A stretch of 41,338 bases of DNA. Source: a virus. Taxonomy: Duplodnaviria; Caudoviricetes. The notes below the pieces were generated by a model. That model saw only the letters and a program-made list of their open reading frames with translations, was not told the DNA's origin and did no database searches. Of this stretch, positions 27,179 to 35,006 are shown one piece after another (the first letter of the stretch is position 1; each line of letters begins with the position of its first letter). Both the position numbers and the translations under genes were made by a program. Where the stretch lies: the IMG/VR virus record IMGVR_UViG_3300037313_000552, positions 1 to 41,338 of that record. The stretch is one strand, 5' to 3'.

Positions 27179-27910
27179 ATGTCCACGTTGCCGCAAACCG
27201 GCGCGACCGAACTCGTTGTCGGTCAAAGCGCAGCAGAAACGGCCGTCAATGAGATCGGGCGCTTTCTCGATGCGAACGCGACCCGTTCAATCATCGAGGA
27301 TCGCGATTTAACGGCTCCTCCTGGCTCCTGTTCTGACGGCGCCAGATATCTCGTCAAGGCAACGGCGACCGGGGCATGGTCGGGGAAGTCTGGCAAGCTT
27401 GCCATCGCGGTGGGAACCAACGCGGCCAACGGCTGGCTGTTTCAGACTGTCGCGGTCGAGGGATACAAGCTTTATGTCCGCGACGAGGATATTGAGATCC
27501 AGCATGACGGATCGAGTTGGGTAACGGTCTCGACCGGGGGAAATCCGACCGAGAGCTTCGTTATCGCATGTTCAGATGAATCGACCGCCCTGACCACCGG
27601 AACAGCCAAAATCACATTCAGGATGCCCTACGCCTTCACCGTGACGGCGGTGCGCGGGTCTCTCACGACCGCCCAGGCGACAAACGGTGGTGGCGGCATC
27701 TTCACCGTGGATATCAACGAAAGCGGAACGTCGATCCTCTCGACTAAACTGACGATCGACAACACGGAAAAGACCTCGACCACCGCAGCGACAGCGCCAG
27801 TCATCTCCGATAGTTCTCTGGCCGATGATGCCGAGATGACGGTGGACATCGACCAAGTTGGTGACGGCACAGCCAAGGGTCTCAAAATCGTATTGATAGG
27901 GCATCGCTAA
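27179..27910 (+). CDS. Tail fibre, DUF2793 N-terminus plus adaptor domain
   Basis: GQSAAE..VNE...LD, DRDLTAPP....GARYLV..ATGAWSG. Confidence 0.88.
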   Translation: MSTLPQTGATELVVGQSAAETAVNEIGRFLDANATRSIIEDRDLTAPPGSCSDGARYLVKATATGAWSGKSGKLAIAVGTNAANGWLFQTVAVEGYKLYVRDEDIEIQHDGSSWVTVSTGGNPTESFVIACSDESTALTTGTAKITFRMPYAFTVTAVRGSLTTAQATNGGGGIFTVDINESGTSILSTKLTIDNTEKTSTTAATAPVISDSSLADDAEMTVDIDQVGDGTAKGLKIVLIGHR

Positions 27911-28420
27911 ATGATCTTCATTAATCCCTACGCCGTTGTTCCTGGCGGCGTTCCGGCTGGCACATTCCTTGTAGGAAACAATGCTACACAGACGACGCAC
28001 TCGGCTGTGTCCGGGGACGTTCAGCAGGGCGTCATCGCCCAAGCTTCGGTGAGCGGAACGGCGAACAACATCGTTATCGTGACCGATGCCACGAGTTCCA
28101 GCGTAAACTTCCGGCTTGTGGCCTATAATGCGTCAAGCTCAACGGTGATCGGCGGATCGCTGCTGGGGAAATGCGCCGATAAAACAAGCCTTGCTTCCGG
28201 CGTGAACTCGTTCGCCCTGATTACGCCTTTCTCTGTGGTGAGCGGCCAATGGTACGGGCTGATGATCCATTGCGGAACGGGAACGTTCAATGGCATGTCA
28301 TCCAACGGCACGCTTACCGATCGTTGGTTCTCAGACACCTTCTCTGACGGACCCGTAGATCCCGCCCCAAATAGCGGGCTCAACTCGTCGAACGGTCGCA
28401 TGATCTATCTGACGACCTAG
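27911..28420 (+). CDS. Putative receptor-binding/fibre tip protein
   Basis: MIFINPY N-terminus typical of genes following this adaptor; beta-rich. Confidence 0.72.
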   Translation: MIFINPYAVVPGGVPAGTFLVGNNATQTTHSAVSGDVQQGVIAQASVSGTANNIVIVTDATSSSVNFRLVAYNASSSTVIGGSLLGKCADKTSLASGVNSFALITPFSVVSGQWYGLMIHCGTGTFNGMSSNGTLTDRWFSDTFSDGPVDPAPNSGLNSSNGRMIYLTT

Positions 28421-29470
28421 TCGTGTTTGGACCGCTAGCGCACAAAGAAGAACCGGAGGAACGAACCACGTTCCAAATACTCTGACCCAAGCGGGGCTGA
28501 GGAAGGCAAGGACGATAATCGCAGTTTCCCACGGGCTAAGCCTGCGCTCGCAAAGCATCAACAGGAATCCGGCACAGACGACAGTCATGTCATAGTGATA
28601 GCCATAGGGCGAGATTAGCATCGTTGCTGTCGCTGCGGTCCAGACATTGAAGTCGCGGGCAAGAAACCATGTGGCGCCGCAAGCGAACAGCAGCCAACCG
28701 TAGACGCCGTAGCCCACGCCGGGTGCCGTCGCGACCAGCACCCATGTAATCCAGCGACGGTCCCAAATTGCATGGGCCTGAGCCGAACCGGCGGACGAAA
28801 AGAATTCGTTCCAGCCTCCGAAGATGATGGCGGAAGAGATAATGATGACCGCGCCGATCGCCAAACCAATTACAGCCTTCTTCCAATCTGAGAACACGCT
28901 AACGCCAGCAAGGAAGCCCATGTGCGGCTTTATCAAGAGCAGGGCAGAGAGCGGCGCATAGCGGAAGCCGAAGAACCAGAGCGCGCCCACCAGAAAGCCA
29001 GTCTGCCCGAAGATCACGTTCACCACAGCGGCGGGGGTAAGAACAGCGAGCAGCCTTAGACCTCGCGGCAGGAACGGGCGGCTCGCGAAATAGAAGAGCG
29101 CCATCGTTGCTGCATTCCAGACGAAAAAGCCCACATCGTGGGGCAATAGCGAAAATGGGACTGCCGCAAACAGCATGGGCGGCGGGTATGGCCAGTTGAA
29201 CGGATAATCGCCGAACGTGCTCTTTCCGAAAGCGACGAACGCCTGCGGGTCAGAGGGATTGACGCCAGCAAGGAAGGCGCGACCAGCAAGCCAAATGTCG
29301 GTGAAGTCGCGGAACCCAACCGACGTTGGCCGGCCGCTGTAATAGATCGGAATGACCGCCCCGAGCGCGCAAAGCAGGACTACAAAAGCAGCGCTGCCGC
29401 GACGATCAGAACCGAGATAGCGTAGGCCCAGCTCACCAGGCTCAGAAAGTTGCGCTTCGCCCATTGCCAT
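28331..29470 (-). CDS. GT87 (DUF2029) integral membrane glycosyltransferase, moron
   Basis: DF...W.AG, F.WPYPP, L.PFSLLP, N...GQ.G, IKPH.G, SPY...YD; many TM helices; opposite strand to late operon. Confidence 0.88.
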   Translation of the reverse strand: MAMGEAQLSEPGELGLRYLGSDRRGSAAFVVLLCALGAVIPIYYSGRPTSVGFRDFTDIWLAGRAFLAGVNPSDPQAFVAFGKSTFGDYPFNWPYPPPMLFAAVPFSLLPHDVGFFVWNAATMALFYFASRPFLPRGLRLLAVLTPAAVVNVIFGQTGFLVGALWFFGFRYAPLSALLLIKPHMGFLAGVSVFSDWKKAVIGLAIGAVIIISSAIIFGGWNEFFSSAGSAQAHAIWDRRWITWVLVATAPGVGYGVYGWLLFACGATWFLARDFNVWTAATATMLISPYGYHYDMTVVCAGFLLMLCERRLSPWETAIIVLAFLSPAWVRVFGTWFVPPVLLCALAVQTRLGRQIDHATVRRVEPAIWGGIYGSVREGV

Positions 29471-29571
29471 ACCCGCTCCATCAAGGACCGTCCTTTCCGA
29501 GCAGGCGCATCAATAACGCAAATTAAACACACCGCCAACTGGGGGGAATTTGTCATGCGTGCGAGAATTTC

Positions 29572-29733
29572 GTGATACTGCCGGAATCCCCCAAGGCTCT
29601 GGCCTTTGACGGAACGCTCGCCGCCTGGGCGATGTGGGTTATAACGGTTGGCGCTCCAGCGATCGTGACGCTCTGTACGATCGTCCTGCTCGTCTTGAGG
29701 ATCGTGATTGCGGTTCGGGAGCTTCGGAAGTGA
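29572..29733 (+). CDS. Small holin-like membrane protein (53 aa)
   Basis: VILPESPKALAFDGTLAAWAMWVITVGAPAIVTLCTIVLLVLRIVIAVRELRK: hydrophobic with basic tail; GTGA-coupled to next gene; alternative ATG at 29632. Confidence 0.55.
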   Translation: MILPESPKALAFDGTLAAWAMWVITVGAPAIVTLCTIVLLVLRIVIAVRELRK

Positions 29734-29849
29734 AGCCTGTCTGCCCGCGAACAAAGACGGCTTTGAAAGAGCTGATGCGATCATGGGATGAGGCGCTTTC
29801 GGAGCCCGTTCCCGCAGACATGAAAGAGCTGCTCGCCAAATTGAAATGA
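29730..29849 (+). CDS. NepR-like anti-sigma mini-protein (39 aa)
   Basis: L.ELMRSWDEALSEPVPADMKELLAKL fits NepR core L-x3-(F/Y/W)-D-E-x3-EPVP-x2-(F/M)-x2-LL-x2-L; GTG start coupled to previous stop, GGGAG upstream. Confidence 0.7.
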   Translation: MKPVCPRTKTALKELMRSWDEALSEPVPADMKELLAKLK

Positions 29850-30025
29850 TGGCGGCGTTCGCGCATCGGCGCAGAGCGGGGGAAACCTGAAGCGCCTAGC
29901 CTACTGACCGCCATCGATACCGAGCTGCTGACGCCGCAGTTGCCATAAGCGCCGGCTTACACAGCCGCATCTCATAACTACGGCCAAGGGTGCACAGGAG
30001 CGCCCTCCCAAACACCTAGTCGCTC

Positions 30026-30050
30026 AACGCTCCGAAAAGGATGCGGTTCC
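30026..30050 (-). promoter_or_regulatory. Antisense sigma-EcfG-type promoter motif over endolysin RBS
   Basis: Plus strand AACG-ctccgaaaaggatgcg-GTTCC = GGAAC-N16-CGTT on minus strand, ending 1 nt before lysozyme ATG. Confidence 0.5.
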
Positions 30051-30479
30051 ATGAGAATTTCAGACAAGGGCCTCGCGCTCATCAAACGAGCGGAAGGACT
30101 GAAACTCGATGCCTATCAGGACGGCGGCGGGGTGTGGACGGTCGGCTACGGCTCAACCCTCGACGTCCACAGGGGCATGGTGATTACGCCCGGAGAAGCT
30201 GAGCGGCGGCTGCTGGAGGATTTGGGCCGCCACGACATTACGCCATACCTGGACGGCTGCGCGACCACGCAAAGCCAGTTCGACGCGATGACCAGCCTCG
30301 CGTTCAATATCGGGCTTGATCGCTTCAACGGCTCAACCGTCCTCAAGCGTCACCGGCTCGGCAATTACTCCGCAGCAGCGGCGGCTTTCCTTCTGTGGAA
30401 GTTCGACAACGGACGATTGGTCCTCGGTCTGCTCAACCGCCGCGAGCAAGAGCGCCTCCTTTACCTCGGAGAATTATGA
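30051..30479 (+). CDS. Endolysin, phage lysozyme (GH24)
   Basis: IKRAEGL.LDAYQDGGGVWTVGYG (E-x8-D-x5-T), QFDAMTSLAFNIG, GLLNRREQE. Confidence 0.95.
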   Translation: MRISDKGLALIKRAEGLKLDAYQDGGGVWTVGYGSTLDVHRGMVITPGEAERRLLEDLGRHDITPYLDGCATTQSQFDAMTSLAFNIGLDRFNGSTVLKRHRLGNYSAAAAAFLLWKFDNGRLVLGLLNRREQERLLYLGEL

Positions 30480-31930
30480 GCATGGCTCGCTATATTATCG
30501 CCGCAGCATTGCTCACCGGCTCCGCGTTCGTCGCTGCGGCCGGCAAGCCCTTGAGCATCAGCCTGACTCCCTCGGCTCAGACCGTCACCGAAGGGCAGAG
30601 CGCCTCCCTGTGCCTCAACAAGAGCGGCGGCAACGGGAGGCAGACTGCGGCCAAGGTGACGACCTCTGATGGCTGGTCCGGATCGGTCGTGCCCGGAAGC
30701 TGCTTCACCATTCCCACAAAGGATGACGCGCTGGTTAACGGTGCGCGCGATATCATTGTCACGGCTACGGCGAGCACGGGCGTAACCGCAATCGCCGTTA
30801 TCCACGAACTGGACAATGACGTCGCTCCGCCACCCCCGACGAACGGCCCGTCCGGCGAAGCGACAATTGCAGACAATTTCAACACCGCTTCCGGGATCGA
30901 GCAGACATGGTATGGCCCCAGCGGACGCGGCGGCATCGCTCCAGCATCAGCCGATCCTGTCGGCGCATTCCGCCTCTTTTGCGGCGCTGGACAACTGTTG
31001 AAAGACGATCCGCTAGTTTACCCCGGACAGCCCGGAGCCAGCCACCTTCACCAGTTCTTCGGCAACCTCGGGGCGAACGCGAGCTCCAATTACAATTCTC
31101 TGCGCACGAGCGGCGATTCGACATGCGACATCGGCTCAGTCCCGAACAATCGCTCAGCCTATTGGATGCCAGCGATGATGGATGGGGCGGGCGGCGTCGT
31201 GAAGCCGAACTGGCTCAAGGTCTATTACAAGCGCAATCCGAAGAGCGATCCGATGTGCAAGTCACCGGATCAGGGCGGCATCGGCATCTGCACCGACCTT
31301 CCCAACGGCATCCGCTACGTCTTCGGCTACAACATGAAGACGATGAGCGGAGGCCCCAACGACCTCAACAGTCAGGATAGCGGCGCGATCACGTTTCAAT
31401 GCTGGTCGAACAACGAAGGCGCTCCCGCTGTCGCTGGATATTTCCACAATCTCCGCGATATCGTGGCGGCCGGCTGTCCCGCGGGTGCTCTGCTGATGAT
31501 CGTTGCCGCAGCGCCCATTTGTTGGGACGGCGTGAACCTCGACAGCGCCGACCACCGATCGCACATGGCGATGGCGAATGGACCGATGTATCCGGGCCAG
31601 TTCTTCCGGGCGTGCCCGTCAACGCATCCGTACCTGATCGATAGCCTTGAGGTTCAGGCCGCTTTCCGCACGGACGCCAATTTCGTCGCTGGTAAGTGGC
31701 ATTTGTCGAGCGACGAGATGGTGCCTGGCACTGTTCCGGGCTCGACCTGGCATATGGACTATTGGGAAGCCTGGAGTCCGACCGTCAAGAAGACGTGGCA
31801 CGATAACTGCATCAACCTGAAGCTCTCGGGTTCTGGCGGCGACATGTGCAACGGAACGCAGATCATCGGTGCGAACGGACCACCTTGGCCTCAGGACTTC
31901 CCCGATCATGTCGTGGTGCCGGTCCAATGA
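30476..31930 (+). CDS. Secreted DUF1996-domain protein with Calx-beta-like N-terminal module
   Basis: Signal peptide; VTEG...DD.LV.G...DND Calx-beta-like; DPLVYPG...SHLHQFFGN, STC...N.SAYW.P, P.CWDGVNLDSADHRSH, CPSTHP, H.DY. Confidence 0.88.
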   Translation: MSMARYIIAAALLTGSAFVAAAGKPLSISLTPSAQTVTEGQSASLCLNKSGGNGRQTAAKVTTSDGWSGSVVPGSCFTIPTKDDALVNGARDIIVTATASTGVTAIAVIHELDNDVAPPPPTNGPSGEATIADNFNTASGIEQTWYGPSGRGGIAPASADPVGAFRLFCGAGQLLKDDPLVYPGQPGASHLHQFFGNLGANASSNYNSLRTSGDSTCDIGSVPNNRSAYWMPAMMDGAGGVVKPNWLKVYYKRNPKSDPMCKSPDQGGIGICTDLPNGIRYVFGYNMKTMSGGPNDLNSQDSGAITFQCWSNNEGAPAVAGYFHNLRDIVAAGCPAGALLMIVAAAPICWDGVNLDSADHRSHMAMANGPMYPGQFFRACPSTHPYLIDSLEVQAAFRTDANFVAGKWHLSSDEMVPGTVPGSTWHMDYWEAWSPTVKKTWHDNCINLKLSGSGGDMCNGTQIIGANGPPWPQDFPDHVVVPVQ

Positions 31931-32109
31931 GCGTCAAAACCGCCGCATCCTATCTCGAACGCCGCCTTCTGGAGCGCTCGTTCTGGCTTCAGTGCGGTGC
32001 TGCGATCATTCCCGCCATCGCTTTGCCCGCTCCGTGGCGGTTCATCTCTATCGGTGTCGCGGTCATCGCCGCGCTTGTGCCTGACGGAGTGCTCGGGCAG
32101 ACCAAGTAA
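31927..32109 (+). CDS. Holin-like membrane protein (60 aa)
   Basis: YLERRLLERSFW followed by two hydrophobic segments; ATGA coupling. Confidence 0.65.
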   Translation: MSVKTAASYLERRLLERSFWLQCGAAIIPAIALPAPWRFISIGVAVIAALVPDGVLGQTK

Positions 32110-32124
32110 CGGGGGAATTTCCAG

Positions 32125-32694
32125 ATGCTCAAAGCGCTTCTCGGCGCATCGCTGATGCTCGCCCCGGCCCCAGCCGTTCCGCAGACCAATCCGACTGGCC
32201 CGGCGCCCAAGGTCATCTGCCGTCAGGAGCATGGCTACAGCGCGGGAACCGCCTTCAGGATCGGCCCCCATCTTCTTGTGTCGGTAAACCACGTCACCAG
32301 CGCGGGGAATTGCGAAATCGACGGCGAGCCAATCCACATCCTTTACGCATCTCGCAAAGCCGACTTCTCCATTCTCTCCGATGATCGTTTAGGCAAGTGG
32401 CTCAAGGTCGATTGCGGCGGCTTCGTCAAGGGGCGCATGTACGTTGCTGTCGGCCATGCGAGGGCCATGGATGATCTAACCTTTGTGCCGATGGTCGCAA
32501 CGGGAATGACCTCGGGAAGCCTCTCAATTCTTGCCGGCGTGTTCACCGCGCAGCCAGGCCAATCGGGCGGACCTATTCTCGACGGCGAGACCGGCAAAGT
32601 CGTGGGAACGGTCAACACCGCGCAGTGGGATCGCGGCCTTACGGGAAGCATTGAGCTTCGTGGCACGAGCATTTGTGGCGGGGGTGCAGCATGA
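32125..32694 (+). CDS. Secreted trypsin-like serine protease
   Basis: Signal peptide; GTAF...VNHV (His), ADFSIL (Asp), PGQSGGPI (Ser). Confidence 0.88.
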   Translation: MLKALLGASLMLAPAPAVPQTNPTGPAPKVICRQEHGYSAGTAFRIGPHLLVSVNHVTSAGNCEIDGEPIHILYASRKADFSILSDDRLGKWLKVDCGGFVKGRMYVAVGHARAMDDLTFVPMVATGMTSGSLSILAGVFTAQPGQSGGPILDGETGKVVGTVNTAQWDRGLTGSIELRGTSICGGGAA

Positions 32695-32810
32695 GCCTCT
32701 TCCACCCCGAAACTGCAGAGGACCGCATGGCGATTGTGCCGCTGGTCGGCTGCGTCATTCCGCTGGTGCTTGCCGTTGCCGCGATTGTCGCTGTGCTGGT
32801 GTGGCTGTGA
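32691..32810 (+). CDS. Small membrane peptide (39 aa)
   Basis: MSLFHPETAEDRMAIVPLVGCVIPLVLAVAAIVAVLVWL; ATGA/GTGA coupling. Confidence 0.55.
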   Translation: MSLFHPETAEDRMAIVPLVGCVIPLVLAVAAIVAVLVWL

Positions 32811-33364
32811 CTTGGGCGCTCTCGCTCCTCAGCTTCGGCAAGTCAGTTATAACGGCTGTGCTAACGTGGCTGTCGAAGCGCTCGATCGCGGAGATCGGCT
32901 GTATCGCGCTGGCGTTGTTCGCTGGGCTTCAGACGATCCGCGTGGCGGCCGAGCAGAGGCACGCTCACAAGGTCGAAGCGCAGCTTAGCAAATGCACCGC
33001 CGCGAGGGAAGCTGACCGCCGCGCCTACGCCAAAGCCCAAGCCGACGCAGCCGCAAAGAACAAGGCTCACGTCGCCGAGGTCGAGGCTCAGCAGAAGAGG
33101 ATCACCGATGAAACCGTGGCATCTCTCAACGATCGCCTCAGCCGCCTTGCTGGCGAGCTGCGCGCACACGGTCCCGCCGCTCAAAGTCATCCCAACGGAG
33201 CCGGTTCACCCGCGCTTCCCAAGCCCGCCAGCGGAACTTCTGAAGCGCCCGGCCTGTGTCTTTCGCCCGAGCAGCTTTTGCGAGCAGCCCAGGACGAAGA
33301 GCGACACGATCAGATCATCCAGTGGATTGAGCAGCAAATGACGATCGATCCGAACAAGCCCTGA
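32807..33364 (+). CDS. Rz: Inner-membrane spanin (Rz-like)
   Basis: N-terminal TM then Ala/Gln-rich coiled coil; embeds a lipoprotein gene. Confidence 0.8.
   Translation: MTWALSLLSFGKSVITAVLTWLSKRSIAEIGCIALALFAGLQTIRVAAEQRHAHKVEAQLSKCTAAREADRRAYAKAQADAAAKNKAHVAEVEAQQKRITDETVASLNDRLSRLAGELRAHGPAAQSHPNGAGSPALPKPASGTSEAPGLCLSPEQLLRAAQDEERHDQIIQWIEQQMTIDPNKP
33108..33341 (+). CDS. Rz1: Outer-membrane spanin lipoprotein (Rz1-like), embedded
   Basis: Lipobox LLASC, Pro-rich mature part, GAGGA RBS, +1 frame inside Rz. Confidence 0.8.
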   Translation: MKPWHLSTIASAALLASCAHTVPPLKVIPTEPVHPRFPSPPAELLKRPACVFRPSSFCEQPRTKSDTIRSSSGLSSK

Positions 33365-33383
33365 AACAGTTGGGGGAAGAAAT

Positions 33384-34424
33384 GTGGGCCAAAGACCGCT
33401 CTCAGACAAAGAGTGCCGCGAGGCGCTTGAACAGCTAGAACGTCACGGCAACAAGCAAGCCGCAGCGGACGCGCTAGGCATATCGCGATCCACCTTTCAG
33501 TCGCGAATCCGCACGGCACTCAACCGCATGGAGGCGGACAGGCCGGATATTCCAACCGCCGAACCTCTCCCGCCCGCTGATCTGCCTACCGAGCAAATCA
33601 TCGGCCTCATGCGGGACCGCTTCAACCTCCGCGCTGCCAATGCGGCGGCGAGGAGATGGCGCGAGTTCAAGGTGCCGACAGACGGCCCCTATGCCCTGAT
33701 GCTGTTCGGCGATCCCCACATTGACGATGACGGCTGCAACTGGGGGCTGCTCGAATCCCACTGCCAGCTCGCCCGCGAGACCGAGCATCTATATGCGATC
33801 AGCGTCGGCGACCAGACGAACAATTGGGTAGGCCGCCTGACACGGCTATACGCCAATCAGGAAACCTCGGTTCACACGGCGCGCTCGCTCATCAAATGGC
33901 TGCTCGTTGAAAGCGGCGTTCCCTGGTTCCTGTGGATCCACGGCAACCATGACGCATGGAACGAAGGCATCCCTATTATCGAGGGAATGAACGCTCACCA
34001 AATTGCGATGGAGGACTGGCAAGCGAAGTTCGTCCTCAAATCCCCGAACGGCTACGGCTTCCGCACTTGGGTGGCGCACAATTTCCCCGGAACGTCACAG
34101 TGGAACAAGCTCCACGGCGCGCAGAAAGCCGCGCAGATGAAGGACTGGGCGCACCTCTATGTCGCCGGCCACCACCATAACTGGGCGCTGCATCAGGAAG
34201 AGCACGACCACCGCAATTTCGTCTATTGGCTGGCGAGGGTTCGCGGTTATAAATTCAACGACGACTACGCCAACGTGCTGGGCTTCGGCGAACAGGAATA
34301 TGGCTCGTCGATCGTCTGTGTCGTTGATCCTCACGCTGACAAGCTCAACGCGCTGACATGCTTTGCCGATCCGGCGGAGGGCGCGGACTTCCTACGGTTC
34401 AAGCGCCGCAAGGCCGCAGCGTGA
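33384..34424 (+). CDS. HTH-fused calcineurin-like metallophosphoesterase
   Basis: GNKQAAADALGISRSTF HTH; GDPH, GD, GNHD, H, GHHH metal motifs. Confidence 0.88.
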   Translation: MGQRPLSDKECREALEQLERHGNKQAAADALGISRSTFQSRIRTALNRMEADRPDIPTAEPLPPADLPTEQIIGLMRDRFNLRAANAAARRWREFKVPTDGPYALMLFGDPHIDDDGCNWGLLESHCQLARETEHLYAISVGDQTNNWVGRLTRLYANQETSVHTARSLIKWLLVESGVPWFLWIHGNHDAWNEGIPIIEGMNAHQIAMEDWQAKFVLKSPNGYGFRTWVAHNFPGTSQWNKLHGAQKAAQMKDWAHLYVAGHHHNWALHQEEHDHRNFVYWLARVRGYKFNDDYANVLGFGEQEYGSSIVCVVDPHADKLNALTCFADPAEGADFLRFKRRKAAA

Positions 34425-34588
34425 CCACCATCCTGCACCTGGAAGGCGATGAGGTTGGCGGCCAGGTAGAGCTGATCTACACGCCTGAATCGCAAACGCT
34501 GAAACTCCAATACCGAGGAGTCACGCTAAGCCGGAAGCTCACCGAGCACGAGCGGCGGAAGCTCAGTAAGTCGCTCTGGTATTCCTAA
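34421..34588 (+). CDS. Hypothetical protein (55 aa)
   Basis: GTGA coupling; last rightward ORF. Confidence 0.55.
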   Translation: MTTILHLEGDEVGGQVELIYTPESQTLKLQYRGVTLSRKLTEHERRKLSKSLWYS

Positions 34589-34647
34589 TACGGACTTCCC
34601 GACGCATCAGCTGGTGGCGATCCCCTAGTCGGCATTGCTTGTGTCCT

Positions 34648-34866
34648 TCAGGGCTTGGCGGGCGGTTCGGGGAGAGGCATCCAGTGGGTGGGATCAATCA
34701 ATTGTGCGTCTATGTGAATCGACCAGCCCCGAGTGCGTGAATACTCGCCCATCATAACGCGCTCTTCCTTGCAGTTTTCAGGACAGTAAACGATAGCCAA
34801 GAAGCCGTCTTTCTTCGGCGCCGTCTCAATATCCTGCCACCTCTGCTTCAGCTCAACCTCACCCAT
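34648..34866 (-). CDS. DUF551-like phage protein
   Basis: WQDIETAPK...PTHWMPLPEPP. Confidence 0.85.
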   Translation of the reverse strand: MGEVELKQRWQDIETAPKKDGFLAIVYCPENCKEERVMMGEYSRTRGWSIHIDAQLIDPTHWMPLPEPPAKP

Positions 34867-35006
34867 TACGACTTGCCCTGATCGCGAAATGCAATGCTCA
34901 TAGGGCGGAGAACGCACCTCCTGCACCGGGGGCAGAAATCGTACCAGCTTCCGCGTCCTGCCGGTGTTCCCCACTTGTGACCGAATATGGCGCAAAGTAG
35001 CCTCAC
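34866..35006 (-). CDS. DUF1660-like small Cys/His protein (46 aa)
   Basis: MRLLCAIFGHKW...CPRC; coupled at both ends. Confidence 0.7.
   Translation of the reverse strand: MRLLCAIFGHKWGTPAGRGSWYDFCPRCRRCVLRPMSIAFRDQGKS

Noticed and set aside
8915-27885. Numerous long minus-strand ORFs across the structural module
   Set aside because: Antisense shadows of high-GC coding genes, lacking RBS and motifs
23985-28420. Diversity-generating retroelement or invertible tail-fibre cassette
   Set aside because: No reverse transcriptase, invertase or template/variable repeat pair seen
29634-29729. 71-aa version of the NepR-like ORF from the ORF track
   Set aside because: This stretch is better explained by the overlapping hydrophobic ORF; GTG 29730 has coupling and an RBS
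29848-29940. Self-cleaving ribozyme in the pre-endolysin structure
   Set aside because: No hammerhead CUGANGA/GAAA core or convincing HDV-like pseudoknot found by eye on either strand
30395-30475. Upstream extension of the DUF1996 ORF
   Set aside because: Overlaps the lysozyme; the signal peptide starts at ATG 30476/30482
32531-32806. Upstream extension of the spanin ORF
   Set aside because: Overlaps the protease and the 39-aa peptide; coupled GTG at 32807 gives a normal TM start
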